Origin: Anaerolineae bacterium
GTDB taxonomy: Bacteria; Chloroflexota; Anaerolineae; S140-20
Reading direction: 5' to 3'
DNA length: 64,000 bases
Assembly: GCA_027021705.1 (NCBI GenBank)
Contig: JALUTT010000059.1
Span: forward strand, 69,687-133,686
Shown here: piece after piece, positions 39,001-51,884 of the stretch
How the letters are laid out: each line of letters opens with the position of its first letter
Position numbering within the stretch: position 1 is the stretch's first letter
Translations under genes and position numbers: made by a program
Notes under the pieces: generated by a model
Told to the model about the DNA's origin: nothing
The model's input: the letters and a program-made list of their open reading frames with translations, nothing else
Databases searched by the model: none

Positions 39001-42000
39001 GCGTCACCGTAATCACCCCGGTCAGGCCGTCGGTCAGGCCGCTCACGTAGGCCAGGACCTGGGTGGTGCCAACCCCCCGGGCGTGGAAGGTGGCGTAGGT
39101 GGACGTGTTGCTGGAGGAGGTCGGCCATAGGTCGCTGCGGGCCACGCTGCCGGTGGTGTTGGTCAGCGTCCAGTGGGCGGCCACGTTCTCCACGGGGCGT
39201 CCGCTGGCATCCCGACTGATGGCGTACATCTGCAGGGAGAGGCCGGCCGTGATCACCTGGGAGGGAATGGGGCTCCCCGTCCCGTCCGGCTGATCCTCGA
39301 TGGAGATGTGGTCGGGCTGACCGGTGGCCCAGACCTGCTTCGTGCGGGTCAACCGGCTGTCCTCCACCGAGAGGGAGGTGTCCCGCGCCCGGTCCTCGTT
39401 CAGGCTGTCGGCGTCGGGGTCGAAGGAGAGGTAGAAGGCGGCGGGAGATTGGCTGGTGGCGTTGGCGGTCATCTCGGCCACGACGAAGAAGGTGACTGTG
39501 CTGCCGGCCGCGATCTGGACCCGGCTATCCCCGTCGGTGTAGGTGATGGTCTGGGTGCCGGTGACCAGGGAGAGGGCGGTGACGGTGACGACGGGCGTGT
39601 CCTGGGTGGCCTCCCACGTGCCGTCCCCGTCGTCCCGGTAGACGTAGAGGGTTTCGATCAGGTTGTTGGCCGCCGTCGTCGTCAGCGGCGTGCCCGGCGT
39701 CAGCTCGAAGTGGAGGTCCCAGCGGACCAACTCGGCGTCGTGGTCGGTGGTCAGGCCGTTGTGCCGGACGGCGATCCGCATCAGGTCCTCCCGCTGGCCC
39801 TGGGGGACGCCCAGGGGGGCGCTGTCCTCGACCTGGTAGGCCACCTGGCCCCGGATGTTGCGCCAGGCGACCACCTCGTGCGTGCCGCCGTAGGAGGCGG
39901 TGTCGGCACCGGCGGCCACGATGTCCAGGTCGCCGTCCAGGTCCAGGTCGCCCAGGGCGATGGAGAGCAGGTCGGCTCGACCGGTCTGGTTGTTGTAGAC
40001 GGTGTAGTACCCGACGTCGTGGCGTACCCAGGAGGTGTCGGTCACCACCGTGCCAAAGGGGGTGCCGCTGTTCTCCCAGGCGATGGCCTCGTAGACCTCG
40101 CCGCCGCCGCTGGCGGAGACCAGGTCCGGGTCGCCGTCGCCGTCCAGGTCCCCCGTGTCCACGCTGTAGGCGTGGGCGTTCATCCAGGGGACGGTGCTGC
40201 CCACGTAGACGGCGGTATCCTGCCATAGTTCACCGCTGAAGGGGGTGCCGTCGTTCTCCCAGACCTCCAGTTGGAAGTCGCCCTCGATGTGGTAGGCGGC
40301 CACGATGTCCAGGTCGCCGTCGGTGTCCAGGTCGGCCAGGGAGAGGTCGTAGACGGTCGCGCCCCAGTAGCCGTGGTAGCGGCTCTGGAGGGTCACCGTG
40401 ACCGGATCGCGCCCCACGTTGACGCCGGACCAGGGGCCGCCGAAGGGGTCACCGTTGTTGCGGAAGGCCTGGATCTGGTAGGCATCGTCCCACTGGTCCT
40501 GGGGGACCGGGTTGGAAGCGGTGCCCTCGGGGTCGGCCCGGTTGAGGCCGGCCACCACGTCGGGCCGCCCGTCGTTGTCCAGGTCCCCGATGACCACCGT
40601 GTGGACGGTGTAGGTGATGGCGGCCACGTCGGTGGTGGCCCACCCCCCGCTGAAGGGGGTGCCGTCGTTCCGCCAGGCGATCAGCTTGTGCTCCGCGCTC
40701 TCCCGGGGGTAGAGGTCGCCGTTGCCGGAGACGATGTCCGGCCATCCGTCGCCGTCCAGGTCCGCCACGGCCAGCGCCCGGACGGGATCGCTGGCGTAGC
40801 TGCCGATGGCGTTGGAACTGCTCCAGGGAGCGTCGAAGGGGGTCCCGTCGTTCTCCCAGACGGTGATGTAGGGGCTGCTCTGCTCCCCGACCACCAGGTC
40901 CGGGTCGCCGTCCCCGTCCAGGTCCTGGGCGACGATGGTGTGGGCCGTGCTGCCCAGGGCACCGATGTCGTGGCGGGTCCAGGTCCCGGTGAAGGGGGTA
41001 TCGGCTCCCGGCGCGGTGAGGGGGTTCTCCCAGGCGATGATCTCGTAGCTCTCGTCGTCGGTGGTGGCGGTGACGATGTCCAGGTCGCCGTCACCGTCCA
41101 GGTCCACCAGGATCAGCTCGTTCACGTCGGCGTTGCTGGCGACGGCCCCGATGTCGGTCCGCTGCTCGTCGAAGGCGAGTCGCCGGTGGATGGCGCTGTT
41201 TGCCACCGTCTGGAGCTCATCGGCGGCGCTGCTGGCCTGACCGTAGGCGACGTCGGCGTCTCCGTCGTTGTCGAAGTCGGCGGCGACGACGGTGTGGATG
41301 GCCGCGTCGCTGGTGTCGAGGGCGGTGGCGCTCCAGGGAGCATCGAAGGGGCCGTTCTCCCCCGGTCCCACCAGCGGGTTCTGCCAGGACTGGAGGGCGT
41401 TGGTCGTCGTCCCGGCCCCGCTGAGGAGGTCATCGTCCCCGTCCAGGTCCAGGTCGGCGGCGAAGAGGGCGTTGACGGCGGCGGGGGCCGTTCCCACCGT
41501 CCCGCTGATCCAGCCGCTGGCGAAGGGGGTGCTGCCGGGGTTGCGCCAGAGGCGGAGCTGGCCGGTCTCCTCGCCCGAGGCGAGGTCTGGGTCTCCATCG
41601 TGGTCCCAGTCGGCGACGGCGAGGGCGAGGCCGTCACCGCCCAGGCCGCTCAGGGTCTGGGTCGTGGTCCAAGCGGCGGCGAAGGGGGTGCCGGGGTTGC
41701 GCCAGAGGCGGAGGGCGTCGGTGCTGCCCCCGCTGATGGTGACGATGTCCAGGTAGCCGTCCCGGTCTAGGTCGGTCAGGGCCAGGTCGTAGATGGGGTC
41801 TCCACCGCCCCCCATCGTCAGGGGAGCGCCGAAGGGGGTGGTGAAGGGGGCGGTGGGAGTGAGGGGGCTCTGCCAGAGGTAGAGGGTGCCGCTGATGTCG
41901 GCGGCCACCACGTCCGGCGCACCGTCCCGGTCCAGGTCACCGACGACCACGGCGGTCAGGTCGGCGCTCAGGGTGTTGGTGAGGGTGTTGCTGACCGTCC

Positions 42001-42439
42001 AGGTGTTGGTGAAGGGGGCCGTGGGGTTCTTCCAGAGCTTCACCTCGTTGTTGCCGCTGCCGCTGGCGGTGACGGTGACCAGGTCGTCCCAGCCGTCCCG
42101 GTCCAGGTCGGCGGCGGCCAGGTCCTGGATGGTGGCGGCGGCGGTGCCCACGGTGGTGCTGATGGGCCAGCCGCTGAGGGGGGAGCCGTCGTTGCGGCGG
42201 GCCTTCAGGTCGGCGCCATCGCCGTGGGCCAGGTCCAGCCGGCCATCGCGGTCCAGGTCGGCCACGGCCAAGGTGAGGAGGTCGTTGCCGATGCCGGCAC
42301 CGGCCGTGGCCGGGTCGAAGGTGTGGGTGTCGCCGGTGATCGGCGGGGTGGCCTGGGCCGGGGTGGGGAGCAACAGGGAGAGCAGGAGGGTGAAGAGAAC
42401 CAACCGGTGCATGGATCGGATCCAACGGGAAGAGGCCAT
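36008..42439 (-). CDS. Large secreted adhesin-like protein: 14 FG-GAP/VCBS repeats, 8 invasin/intimin-type Ig (Big_1-like) repeats, C-terminal VFLPLVVRP
   Basis: Fourteen D-x-D-x-D-G-x-x-D motifs and repeated TATVTD..GN.VADGTVVTFT units. Signal peptide ending AQA. ATG 42439 follows AGGAG (ORF extends to 42502). Confidence 0.88.
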   Translation of the reverse strand: MASSRWIRSMHRLVLFTLLLSLLLPTPAQATPPITGDTHTFDPATAGAGIGNDLLTLAVADLDRDGRLDLAHGDGADLKARRNDGSPLSGWPISTTVGTAAATIQDLAAADLDRDGWDDLVTVTASGSGNNEVKLWKNPTAPFTNTWTVSNTLTNTLSADLTAVVVGDLDRDGAPDVVAADISGTLYLWQSPLTPTAPFTTPFGAPLTMGGGGDPIYDLALTDLDRDGYLDIVTISGGSTDALRLWRNPGTPFAAAWTTTQTLSGLGGDGLALAVADWDHDGDPDLASGEETGQLRLWRNPGSTPFASGWISGTVGTAPAAVNALFAADLDLDGDDDLLSGAGTTTNALQSWQNPLVGPGENGPFDAPWSATALDTSDAAIHTVVAADFDNDGDADVAYGQASSAADELQTVANSAIHRRLAFDEQRTDIGAVASNADVNELILVDLDGDGDLDIVTATTDDESYEIIAWENPLTAPGADTPFTGTWTRHDIGALGSTAHTIVAQDLDGDGDPDLVVGEQSSPYITVWENDGTPFDAPWSSSNAIGSYASDPVRALAVADLDGDGWPDIVSGNGDLYPRESAEHKLIAWRNDGTPFSGGWATTDVAAITYTVHTVVIGDLDNDGRPDVVAGLNRADPEGTASNPVPQDQWDDAYQIQAFRNNGDPFGGPWSGVNVGRDPVTVTLQSRYHGYWGATVYDLSLADLDTDGDLDIVAAYHIEGDFQLEVWENDGTPFSGELWQDTAVYVGSTVPWMNAHAYSVDTGDLDGDGDPDLVSASGGGEVYEAIAWENSGTPFGTVVTDTSWVRHDVGYYTVYNNQTGRADLLSIALGDLDLDGDLDIVAAGADTASYGGTHEVVAWRNIRGQVAYQVEDSAPLGVPQGQREDLMRIAVRHNGLTTDHDAELVRWDLHFELTPGTPLTTTAANNLIETLYVYRDDGDGTWEATQDTPVVTVTALSLVTGTQTITYTDGDSRVQIAAGSTVTFFVVAEMTANATSQSPAAFYLSFDPDADSLNEDRARDTSLSVEDSRLTRTKQVWATGQPDHISIEDQPDGTGSPIPSQVITAGLSLQMYAISRDASGRPVENVAAHWTLTNTTGSVARSDLWPTSSSNTSTYATFHARGVGTTQVLAYVSGLTDGLTGVITVTPGSPDTVALTAVPDTITADGTSTSTITATVTDAYNNRVADGTVVTFTAGLGSIAPYTTTTTNGEATAILTATTTTGTSVVTATAGSAQGTTNVTFAPGPPVTLTLTANPTSIEADGVSTSTLTATVVDAHGNAVADGTVVTFTTSAGSLPGSPYTTTTSSGQATAVLTASTTAQTATITATAGSAQDTTTVTFARSPATVTLTASPQSIAAGGAATSTITATVTDSQGGPVADGTVVTFTASLGSIAPYTTTTSSGQATAVLTSSLAPGTSVVTATAGSAQGTVTVTFAGPPASLTLTAVPDTIIADGTSTSTITATVTDSGGRPVADGTVVTFTTSAGSLLGSPYTTTTTSGQATAVLTASTTAQTATITATAGSAQGTTNVTFAPGPPVTLTLTANPTSIEADGVSTSTLTATVVDAHNNAVADGTVVTFTTSAGSLLGSPYTTTTSSGRATAVLTAGTTAQTATITATAGSVQDTTTVTFRPGAPYTVTLVAVPDTIEADGEATTVLTATVTDQHGNAVADGTVVTFTTSAGSLPGSPYTTTTSSGRATAVLTASTTAQTATITATAGSAQGTTNVTFASGVPATLTLSASPTSIVADGTSTTTLTATVTDRHGNPVPDGTVVTFTASAGSLPGSPYTTTTSSGQATAVLTASTTAQTATITATAGSAQGTTTVTFAPGPPVTLTLTASPAAITADGTSTATLTATVTDQHGNAVADGTVVTFTTSAGSLPGSPYTTTTTNGQATAVLTAGTTAQTATITATAGNAQGTTTVTFRPGSAVTFELSGYPTQVTAGQSWSGVITVTVRDAWGNVKDDFTGTVYFAADDPQATLPYTVGLPYTFTPADAGRHAFDGSGFVLRTAGERHLSVTDGTITATSGTIHVGPAALGRLEATWPVTWTVGVPLSVTVTAYDIFGNRKTDFSGPVTFTATDPQATLPTDDGSGWSDGRKSFSLTFRTAGPHHFSVASGSVVFTSPSIALVADQHRVFLPLVVRP
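36670..39005 (-). repeat. Eight tandem ~285-bp Ig-domain coding repeats, some nearly identical
   Basis: Units 2 and 5 (APGPPVTLTLTANPTSIEADGVSTSTLTATVVDAH...) are almost identical in DNA. Confidence 0.85.
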
Positions 42440-42586
42440 CGCCGCTACACTCCTCGTTTGTCGGGTCGCTTGGATAAAGCGCTCAGAAGTCCTCTCGTTC
42501 AAGACCAGGGTAAACCAGTACTGATTGTAGGCGGGGAATGTTGGAAAGCGGTCAAGGTCCCATTAAAAAGAGGATAGAAAGCAAGA

Positions 42587-42610
42587 GAGGGGAGCCATCA
42601 GGCTCCCCTC
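42587..42610 (-). terminator. Rho-independent terminator of rpoC
   Basis: GAGGGGAGCC-tgat-GGCTCCCCTC followed by T-rich TCTTGCTTTCT on the minus strand. Confidence 0.75.
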
Positions 42611-42653
42611 CCGCTATGGTCCGCCCGTTAGGGGATCGGCGGTCAGCCGATGT

Positions 42654-46946
<4,293 letters not shown>

Positions 46947-47110
46947 ACTCGCCTCCCCGTGTATAGCGTACAGACAAGCAGAAAGAAGCGCTTGAGAGCA
47001 CCTCTCAGCGCTTCAGCCGACGACTCGTTTCCATAAAGGTCATAAGGCCTCGGTGCCTCCCTATGGAGAAAGGACGAATCGCTCCCTGGCCTCTGGAGGA
47101 ATTCTTGGTA

Positions 47111-47139
47111 ATTATACCCTGTTCCCTCCTTTCGGTCAA
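47111..47139 (-). promoter_or_regulatory. sigma70 promoter of rpoC
   Basis: TTGACC-17 bp-TATAAT on the minus strand. Confidence 0.75.
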
Positions 47140-47338
47140 GGCCCCACTGCTGAACTCAACTCGGGATAGTCACGAAGGGGGTTCATCACTGCTTCAGCAA
47201 GACCCAGATTCCCGAGGTCTCCGTGAGGCGATCTTCGCCTTGGGATGCCCCCGCAAAGGCGAGTCCGTTGCCCCTCGGGCCGCTTTTTAGATCTCGGGAA
47301 TCTCCACGGTTAAGGCATTGAAAAGCCCTTGCCGGTGG

Positions 47339-47367
47339 TTGCGTTTCGTTCCGTTCCATGCTATAAT
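47339..47367 (+). promoter_or_regulatory. Divergent sigma70 promoter (extended -10)
   Basis: TTGCGT-17 bp-TATAAT with TGn before the -10. Confidence 0.65.
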
Positions 47368-47605
47368 CGCTCAAACTCCATTCGAAGCTCCCTTGGGAAG
47401 CAGAGCTATCGTAGAGTTCTACAAGCGGTCCTCCCGCCGTTGCCTCTCTGGGGAGCTCCTGAATGCTTAAAGGAGGTAGAACGATGTAGCCCGAAGACAC
47501 AGGTGGTGGTCGTCCGTTGCCAGTGGAGCAGGATGACAAGTTTGGGAGATTGGGGAATTACCGTTGCTTTGTTGCTGTAGATGTTGGATCACAGGAGGTA
47601 GGCTT

Positions 47606-48199
47606 ATGCGCAGGTCCTATTTTCTCATCGCAGCCCTCGTCGTCGTCGTTGGACTCCTCGCGGCCTGCGGCGGGGGGGGTGGGGCTCCCGTCCCGATGCA
47701 GACGTTTGAGGGAAGTACCTTCACCATTGAGTATCCTAAGGATTGGAAGCAGAACAGCATGGACTTCCTTGGGATAACGATGGCCCTCTTCTCTGCCCGT
47801 CAGTTGAGCATGGAAGACCTGCAGGGGATGGACTTCGAGACGATGGCCGCTGAGGATCCCATCGCTATCGTGATGCTGGTTCCTGCGGAGATGGCCAGCG
47901 ATATGGGCTTTGAGGACATTGACCAGGCCCTCGGCGAAGTTGTCCCTGGTCAGGACGAGAATGTGGAAATCATTAAGCAAGAGGATACGAGCCTGGGGGA
48001 CGCTAAGGGGAAGCTGGTCATTGCCAAGGGCGACATTCCCGATGTGGGATCGGTGGGTCTCCACCTGGCCATCGCCAAGCGGGACGATAATAGCGTGATC
48101 GTTCTGATGGGGGTCTCACCGGGGAAGTCTCAGGATCAGAACTTGAAGATCTTCGAGTACATGCACAAGAGCTTCAAGTTCAAGAAGGCGGAGAAGTAG
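47606..48199 (+). CDS. Lipoprotein, possibly PsbP/DcrB-like fold
   Basis: SD AGGAGG, lipobox LAAC, FTIEYPKDW motif, C-terminal SFKF. Confidence 0.7.
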   Translation: MRRSYFLIAALVVVVGLLAACGGGGGAPVPMQTFEGSTFTIEYPKDWKQNSMDFLGITMALFSARQLSMEDLQGMDFETMAAEDPIAIVMLVPAEMASDMGFEDIDQALGEVVPGQDENVEIIKQEDTSLGDAKGKLVIAKGDIPDVGSVGLHLAIAKRDDNSVIVLMGVSPGKSQDQNLKIFEYMHKSFKFKKAEK

Positions 48200-48264
48200 G
48201 CAGACCGTTGGAATGGCCAGCCCCTTGGGTGGATGTCACCTGAGTTTCCGGCTTCAGAGCTGTA

Positions 48265-48299
48265 CAAAGCGGGCTTTCCCCTGGGGAGAGCCCGCTTTG
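48265..48299. terminator. Probable bidirectional terminator between convergent genes
   Basis: CAAAGCGGGCTTTCCCC-t-GGGGAGAGCCCGCTTTG long stem. Confidence 0.6.
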
Positions 48300-48376
48300 G
48301 TTTGTCCTGTACCTACCCTGGAGGTCCGGTAGGCGATTTAGCGCCGTAACGCATGCTGACAATAGGTGTCAGCGGT

Positions 48377-49273
48377 TCACGAGGAGGAAAGAGCCTGGCT
48401 GATGGACGTCCACTCTTCCAGGCTTAGGGTCTCTGCCCTGCGCCGGGGATCTATGCCAGCTTGGTGCAGGGCGGTTTCAATCTCCTCTTTGGGCCGGGCC
48501 AGCCCACCGCTGAGGGCGTTGCGCAGTTGCTTGCGGCGTTGGGAGAAGCCTGCTTGAACCACCCGGAAGAAGAAGCGGACATCAGCCACTTCGACTATAG
48601 GCTGCCGATGGGCTCGGACGCGCACCACGGCGGACTCCACCTTGGGCGGCGGGTAGAAAGCCCCGGGCTTCAGCCGGGCGATGATCTCCGGTTCTCCGTA
48701 GAACTGGACAGCTACGGCCAGGCTGCTCATCCGTCCGGGACGGGCTGTGATGCGTTCGGCCACGTCCCGCTGCAACGTCAGCACCATCAGCGTCGGTTTG
48801 TGGGGGGCTTCCATCAGATAGCGCAGCAGAGGGGAGGTGATGAAGTAGGGGATGTTGGCCACGACCTTGTAGGATAGCGGGGGAGGGGGCTCGCCGGAGG
48901 GCTGTCCGGACGGACGGAGCGGGGCGAAGAGGTCCTCCAACCGGAAGGCGAAGATGTCGCCCTCGACCAAATGGACATTGGGAAAGTCGGCCAACGACTG
49001 CCGCAGGATGGCGACCAATCGGGGGTCAATCTCGACGGCGACCACCTGTCCGGCTGCTTCGGCTAGGGCGCGGGTCAGTGTGCCCAGCCCTGCTCCCACC
49101 TCCAGAACCCAGTCCTCGGTGGTCAGTTCAGCGGCTTCGACGATGCGAGCCAGGGCTTTCTCGTCCACCAGGAAGTTCTGCCCCAGGCTTCGCCGAGGGT
49201 GCACGCCATACTGGCGCAGGAGCGCCTTGATCGCTGCCCGTCCTCCGCCCTTCCCCTTCGCTGGCGAGGTCAT
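48377..49273 (-). CDS. rsmA: 16S rRNA m6,2A dimethyltransferase
   Basis: LGQNFL, VLEVGAGLG, VVANIPYFITSP, FYPPPKVESAV, RRAETLS. Confidence 0.95.
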   Translation of the reverse strand: MTSPAKGKGGGRAAIKALLRQYGVHPRRSLGQNFLVDEKALARIVEAAELTTEDWVLEVGAGLGTLTRALAEAAGQVVAVEIDPRLVAILRQSLADFPNVHLVEGDIFAFRLEDLFAPLRPSGQPSGEPPPPLSYKVVANIPYFITSPLLRYLMEAPHKPTLMVLTLQRDVAERITARPGRMSSLAVAVQFYGEPEIIARLKPGAFYPPPKVESAVVRVRAHRQPIVEVADVRFFFRVVQAGFSQRRKQLRNALSGGLARPKEEIETALHQAGIDPRRRAETLSLEEWTSISQALSSS

Positions 49274-50709
49274 GGCCGCAGGACGTATCGGATCTTGTCG
49301 GGCACCGGTGTGAGCAGGTAAACATCCACCCAGCGGTACCAGAGCACCAGGTTGTCCTCGTCGTAGCCCAGGTCAATCCGGCGCCCCTTGATGGCCCCTC
49401 CCGTGTCGGCAGCCAGTCCGATCCCGTACCCTGGCACGTAGACGCGGCTACCTAGGCTGATCACGCGGGGGTCTACGGCGACGATCCCCTTGCGCATCTT
49501 GAGACCCGTTGCTGTGATTCCATAGCGGGGATGGTCCCGAGACTTGCCCGCTGTGGCGGCTGTGTAGGAGGTGGCCAGCATCCGGATGACCCGCCAGTAC
49601 TCCACCGGCCCTTCCGGCGTCTCCAACGTGCGCACGACGATCTTGGTGCCGTAGCTGTAGACTCTGGGCTGGGGGGGACGAACCACCCGCTCACTCTCCA
49701 CCGTGCGGCTGACCTCCTGACCGTTTTCGTAGCGAACACGGATCCGTCGTTCGTAGACACCGGGTTGGCCTTCCTGGGCCAGCCGCTGCTGATCCAACTC
49801 CAGCTCTGGGTCCGGCTGCCAGGTGGTCTCAAAGGGGATCGGCTCCTGCTGTACCAACACGTCTTCTTGGACTCGGATCACCTGGATCGTTTGGCCCGCT
49901 CCCAGAGGGGTGTCCAGAGAGGGCACGGTGTAATCCAGCCCCTGCAGAGAGATCCGTAAGTCCGCCAGCACTTCGCTCACCGTCTTCCGGTGGGTCCGGG
50001 TGCGTATCTGGCGGCCATCCACCTGGATGGTCACGGGCACCGAGAGGTCTAGGTAGATGTTGGTGCCAGCCTGGACCGGCGCGGAGAGGGGGGGGCGGAC
50101 GCTGTCGGCCAGGTAGAGGGTGATACCGGCCTGCCGAAGGGCTTCGCCCACCGTCGTCGCTGTGGTCTGGAGCGTCAGGGGGGGAGCGCCGCTCCTGTGG
50201 ATGGTGACGGGGACGGCCCGCTGGATGATCAGGTGGGTTGGGGAAGGGCTATCGCCAGGGCTTGAGGCGCGTATAGGAGAGGCGGGGTTGACGATGAGGC
50301 GGTCATAAGGCCCCAAGGTCAGGCCCGCCTCGGCCAAGATGGCCTGGGGGGTCCGCTGATGGGTGTAGACCTGCCAACGCTCTCCATCGGCCTCGAGAGT
50401 AACCGCCCCTGCCCGCTGGATGCGGATGGTCCTCTCGGGTCCCAGCAGGGCCTCTCGCGGTGGCTCCACGAGGTCTTCAGGGCGTAGGGCGATGCCGGCC
50501 TCCCGTAGCACGGCTTCCACCTGCCGCTGGCGGGTATGGACGGTGATCACCTGACCGTCTAGGTAGATGCGCACCGAGGGGCGGCGGGAGAGATAGCCGA
50601 CCGTCAGCAGACTGCTCAGGAGGAAGATGACCAGAAAGGCGAGGCTGGCTCGATAGCTTTCTTTTGCCCGAATCATTGCGGGCATCCACCACGTCTTTCG
50701 AAAGCGCAC
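49270..50709 (-). CDS. YabE/RpfB-like protein: TM, 4x DUF348, G5, 3D domain
   Basis: TVGEAL..AGI repeats and IVAVDPRVISLGSRVYVPGYG..AADTGGAIKGRRIDL. Conserved linkage to rsmA. Start uncertain. Confidence 0.85.
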   Translation of the reverse strand: MRFRKTWWMPAMIRAKESYRASLAFLVIFLLSSLLTVGYLSRRPSVRIYLDGQVITVHTRQRQVEAVLREAGIALRPEDLVEPPREALLGPERTIRIQRAGAVTLEADGERWQVYTHQRTPQAILAEAGLTLGPYDRLIVNPASPIRASSPGDSPSPTHLIIQRAVPVTIHRSGAPPLTLQTTATTVGEALRQAGITLYLADSVRPPLSAPVQAGTNIYLDLSVPVTIQVDGRQIRTRTHRKTVSEVLADLRISLQGLDYTVPSLDTPLGAGQTIQVIRVQEDVLVQQEPIPFETTWQPDPELELDQQRLAQEGQPGVYERRIRVRYENGQEVSRTVESERVVRPPQPRVYSYGTKIVVRTLETPEGPVEYWRVIRMLATSYTAATAGKSRDHPRYGITATGLKMRKGIVAVDPRVISLGSRVYVPGYGIGLAADTGGAIKGRRIDLGYDEDNLVLWYRWVDVYLLTPVPDKIRYVLRP

Positions 50710-50745
50710 CGGGCCCCCATTGGCTCTTGTGAGAGGGAAAGAGGT

Positions 50746-51021
50746 GGTGGTCGTGCACCCCCTGTCGAACCGGCCCTCAGCGACTTACCCGGACCTTTCG
50801 GCTCTGGCCAGGCACCCCTGCGGCACCCGGAGGGGACTCCTTACCGTTGCTTCCTCTCGGACCTGGCGGGGTTCGGAGGCCTCCGCCGCGCAGGACCCAA
50901 CCTTCATCGCCGTCGGGCCAGGGCAGGCTCGCTGGAGCACGGCCCTCGAGGGGGAGTTCGACCCCGCTATGGCGGATTGCGGGTACAGGGCACCGCCAGC
51001 TCCCCGTCTAGCACGACCACC
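50746..51021 (-). ncRNA. ffs: Large bacterial SRP RNA (with Alu domain)
   Basis: Minus strand starts GGTGGTCGTGCTAGACGGGGAGCTGGCGGTGCCCTGTACCCGCAATCCGC and has helix 8 CCAGGTCCGAGAGGAAGCAACGG. Termini are complementary. Confidence 0.92.
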
Positions 51022-51027
51022 GCCCGT

Positions 51028-51056
51028 AGTTTAATCCAAAAGGGCCGAACTGTCAA
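51028..51056 (-). promoter_or_regulatory. sigma70 promoter of the SRP RNA
   Basis: TTGACA-17 bp-TAAACT, ending ~7 nt before the RNA 5' end. Confidence 0.75.
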
Positions 51057-51065
51057 CAGAAAAAC

Positions 51066-51183
51066 GTATCTAGCCTACCCTCCCGCAGGTCACCGGTCGA
51101 GGGCGCTTTCAGCCCCGATGGGCTATTTGAAGCACGGTTTCGCGTCGGAAACGCGCCTAACCTGCGGGAGGGTGAACAGTTAC
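51066..51183 (+). mobile_element. MITE copy C (118 bp)
   Basis: GTATCT...TGAACAGTTAC. Flanking direct repeat AGAAAAAC at 51058-51065 and 51184-51191. Confidence 0.9.
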
Positions 51184-51214
51184 AGAAAAACCCCGAATCG
51201 CCTCCGATCCGGGG
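51184..51214 (-). terminator. Terminator after tRNA-Ser
   Basis: CCCCGGATCG-gagg-CGATTCGGGG-TTTTTCT on the minus strand. Confidence 0.75.
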
Positions 51215-51237
51215 TCTACACGAACGAGGAGATCAGG

Positions 51238-51324
51238 CGGAGAGGGTGGGATTCGAACCCACGGGGCATTGCTGCCCACGCGCTCTCCAGGCGCGCGCCT
51301 TAGGCCAGACTAGGCTACCTCTCC
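51238..51324 (-). tRNA. tRNA-Ser(GGA), CCA not fully encoded
   Basis: GGAGAGG acceptor stem, anticodon arm CGCGC-CTGGAGA-GCGCG, long variable arm, GGTTCGAATCCC T-arm, 3' end GCCT. Confidence 0.95.
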
Positions 51325-51338
51325 CCGTTGCCTGCTAG

Positions 51339-51367
51339 ATTATACCACTGGCTTTTGCCTTTGGCAA
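51339..51367 (-). promoter_or_regulatory. sigma70 promoter of tRNA-Ser
   Basis: TTGCCA-17 bp-TATAAT with extended TG. Confidence 0.75.
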
Positions 51368-51777
51368 ACTGGCAGTGTGGACTTATCAGCGCCTCGCCCC
51401 TAGAGATTCCCGAAGTCTAGCAGGCGGCCCTGAGAGGCAACATGCTCACCTTTCCAAGGGCACCCCAAGGCGAAGCTCTCTTCGTGGAGACCTCGGGAGT
51501 CTGGGTCTTGCTTGAGCCTGGATAAGCCCTATTGGCAAGGGGAATCCTGCTCGGCCCCTGAAAAAAAGAGGCGCTTGAGCTGTTGCAGCCCAGCGCCCCC
51601 CTTCAGAGGAGAGAGCGTTTCGGGGGGAACAGGACCGGGCGCGCGGAACTCGATCCTTCCCCCCTGCCGGTCCCTACCCTATAGGGTAGCTCAAAAATGT
51701 GTAAATTCCGTCGGAGAAAGGACAAAATTTGGTTAGAACCTGCTCGCTATGCATTCACGATGGCAGGGAGATTTTGC

Positions 51778-51806
51778 TTGCCCACCCCGGAAAGACAAGG
51801 TATAAT
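51778..51806 (+). promoter_or_regulatory. sigma70 promoter of the coiled-coil/OB-fold/TctA-like unit
   Basis: TTGCCC-17 bp-TATAAT. Confidence 0.65.
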
Positions 51807-51884
51807 CTGTCATAACGGCGGCATCGGGGGGCAGGTCCCACGAGGCTGCTTGTGGCTTCCCTTCAGCATCAGGAGAGGTGTGCG

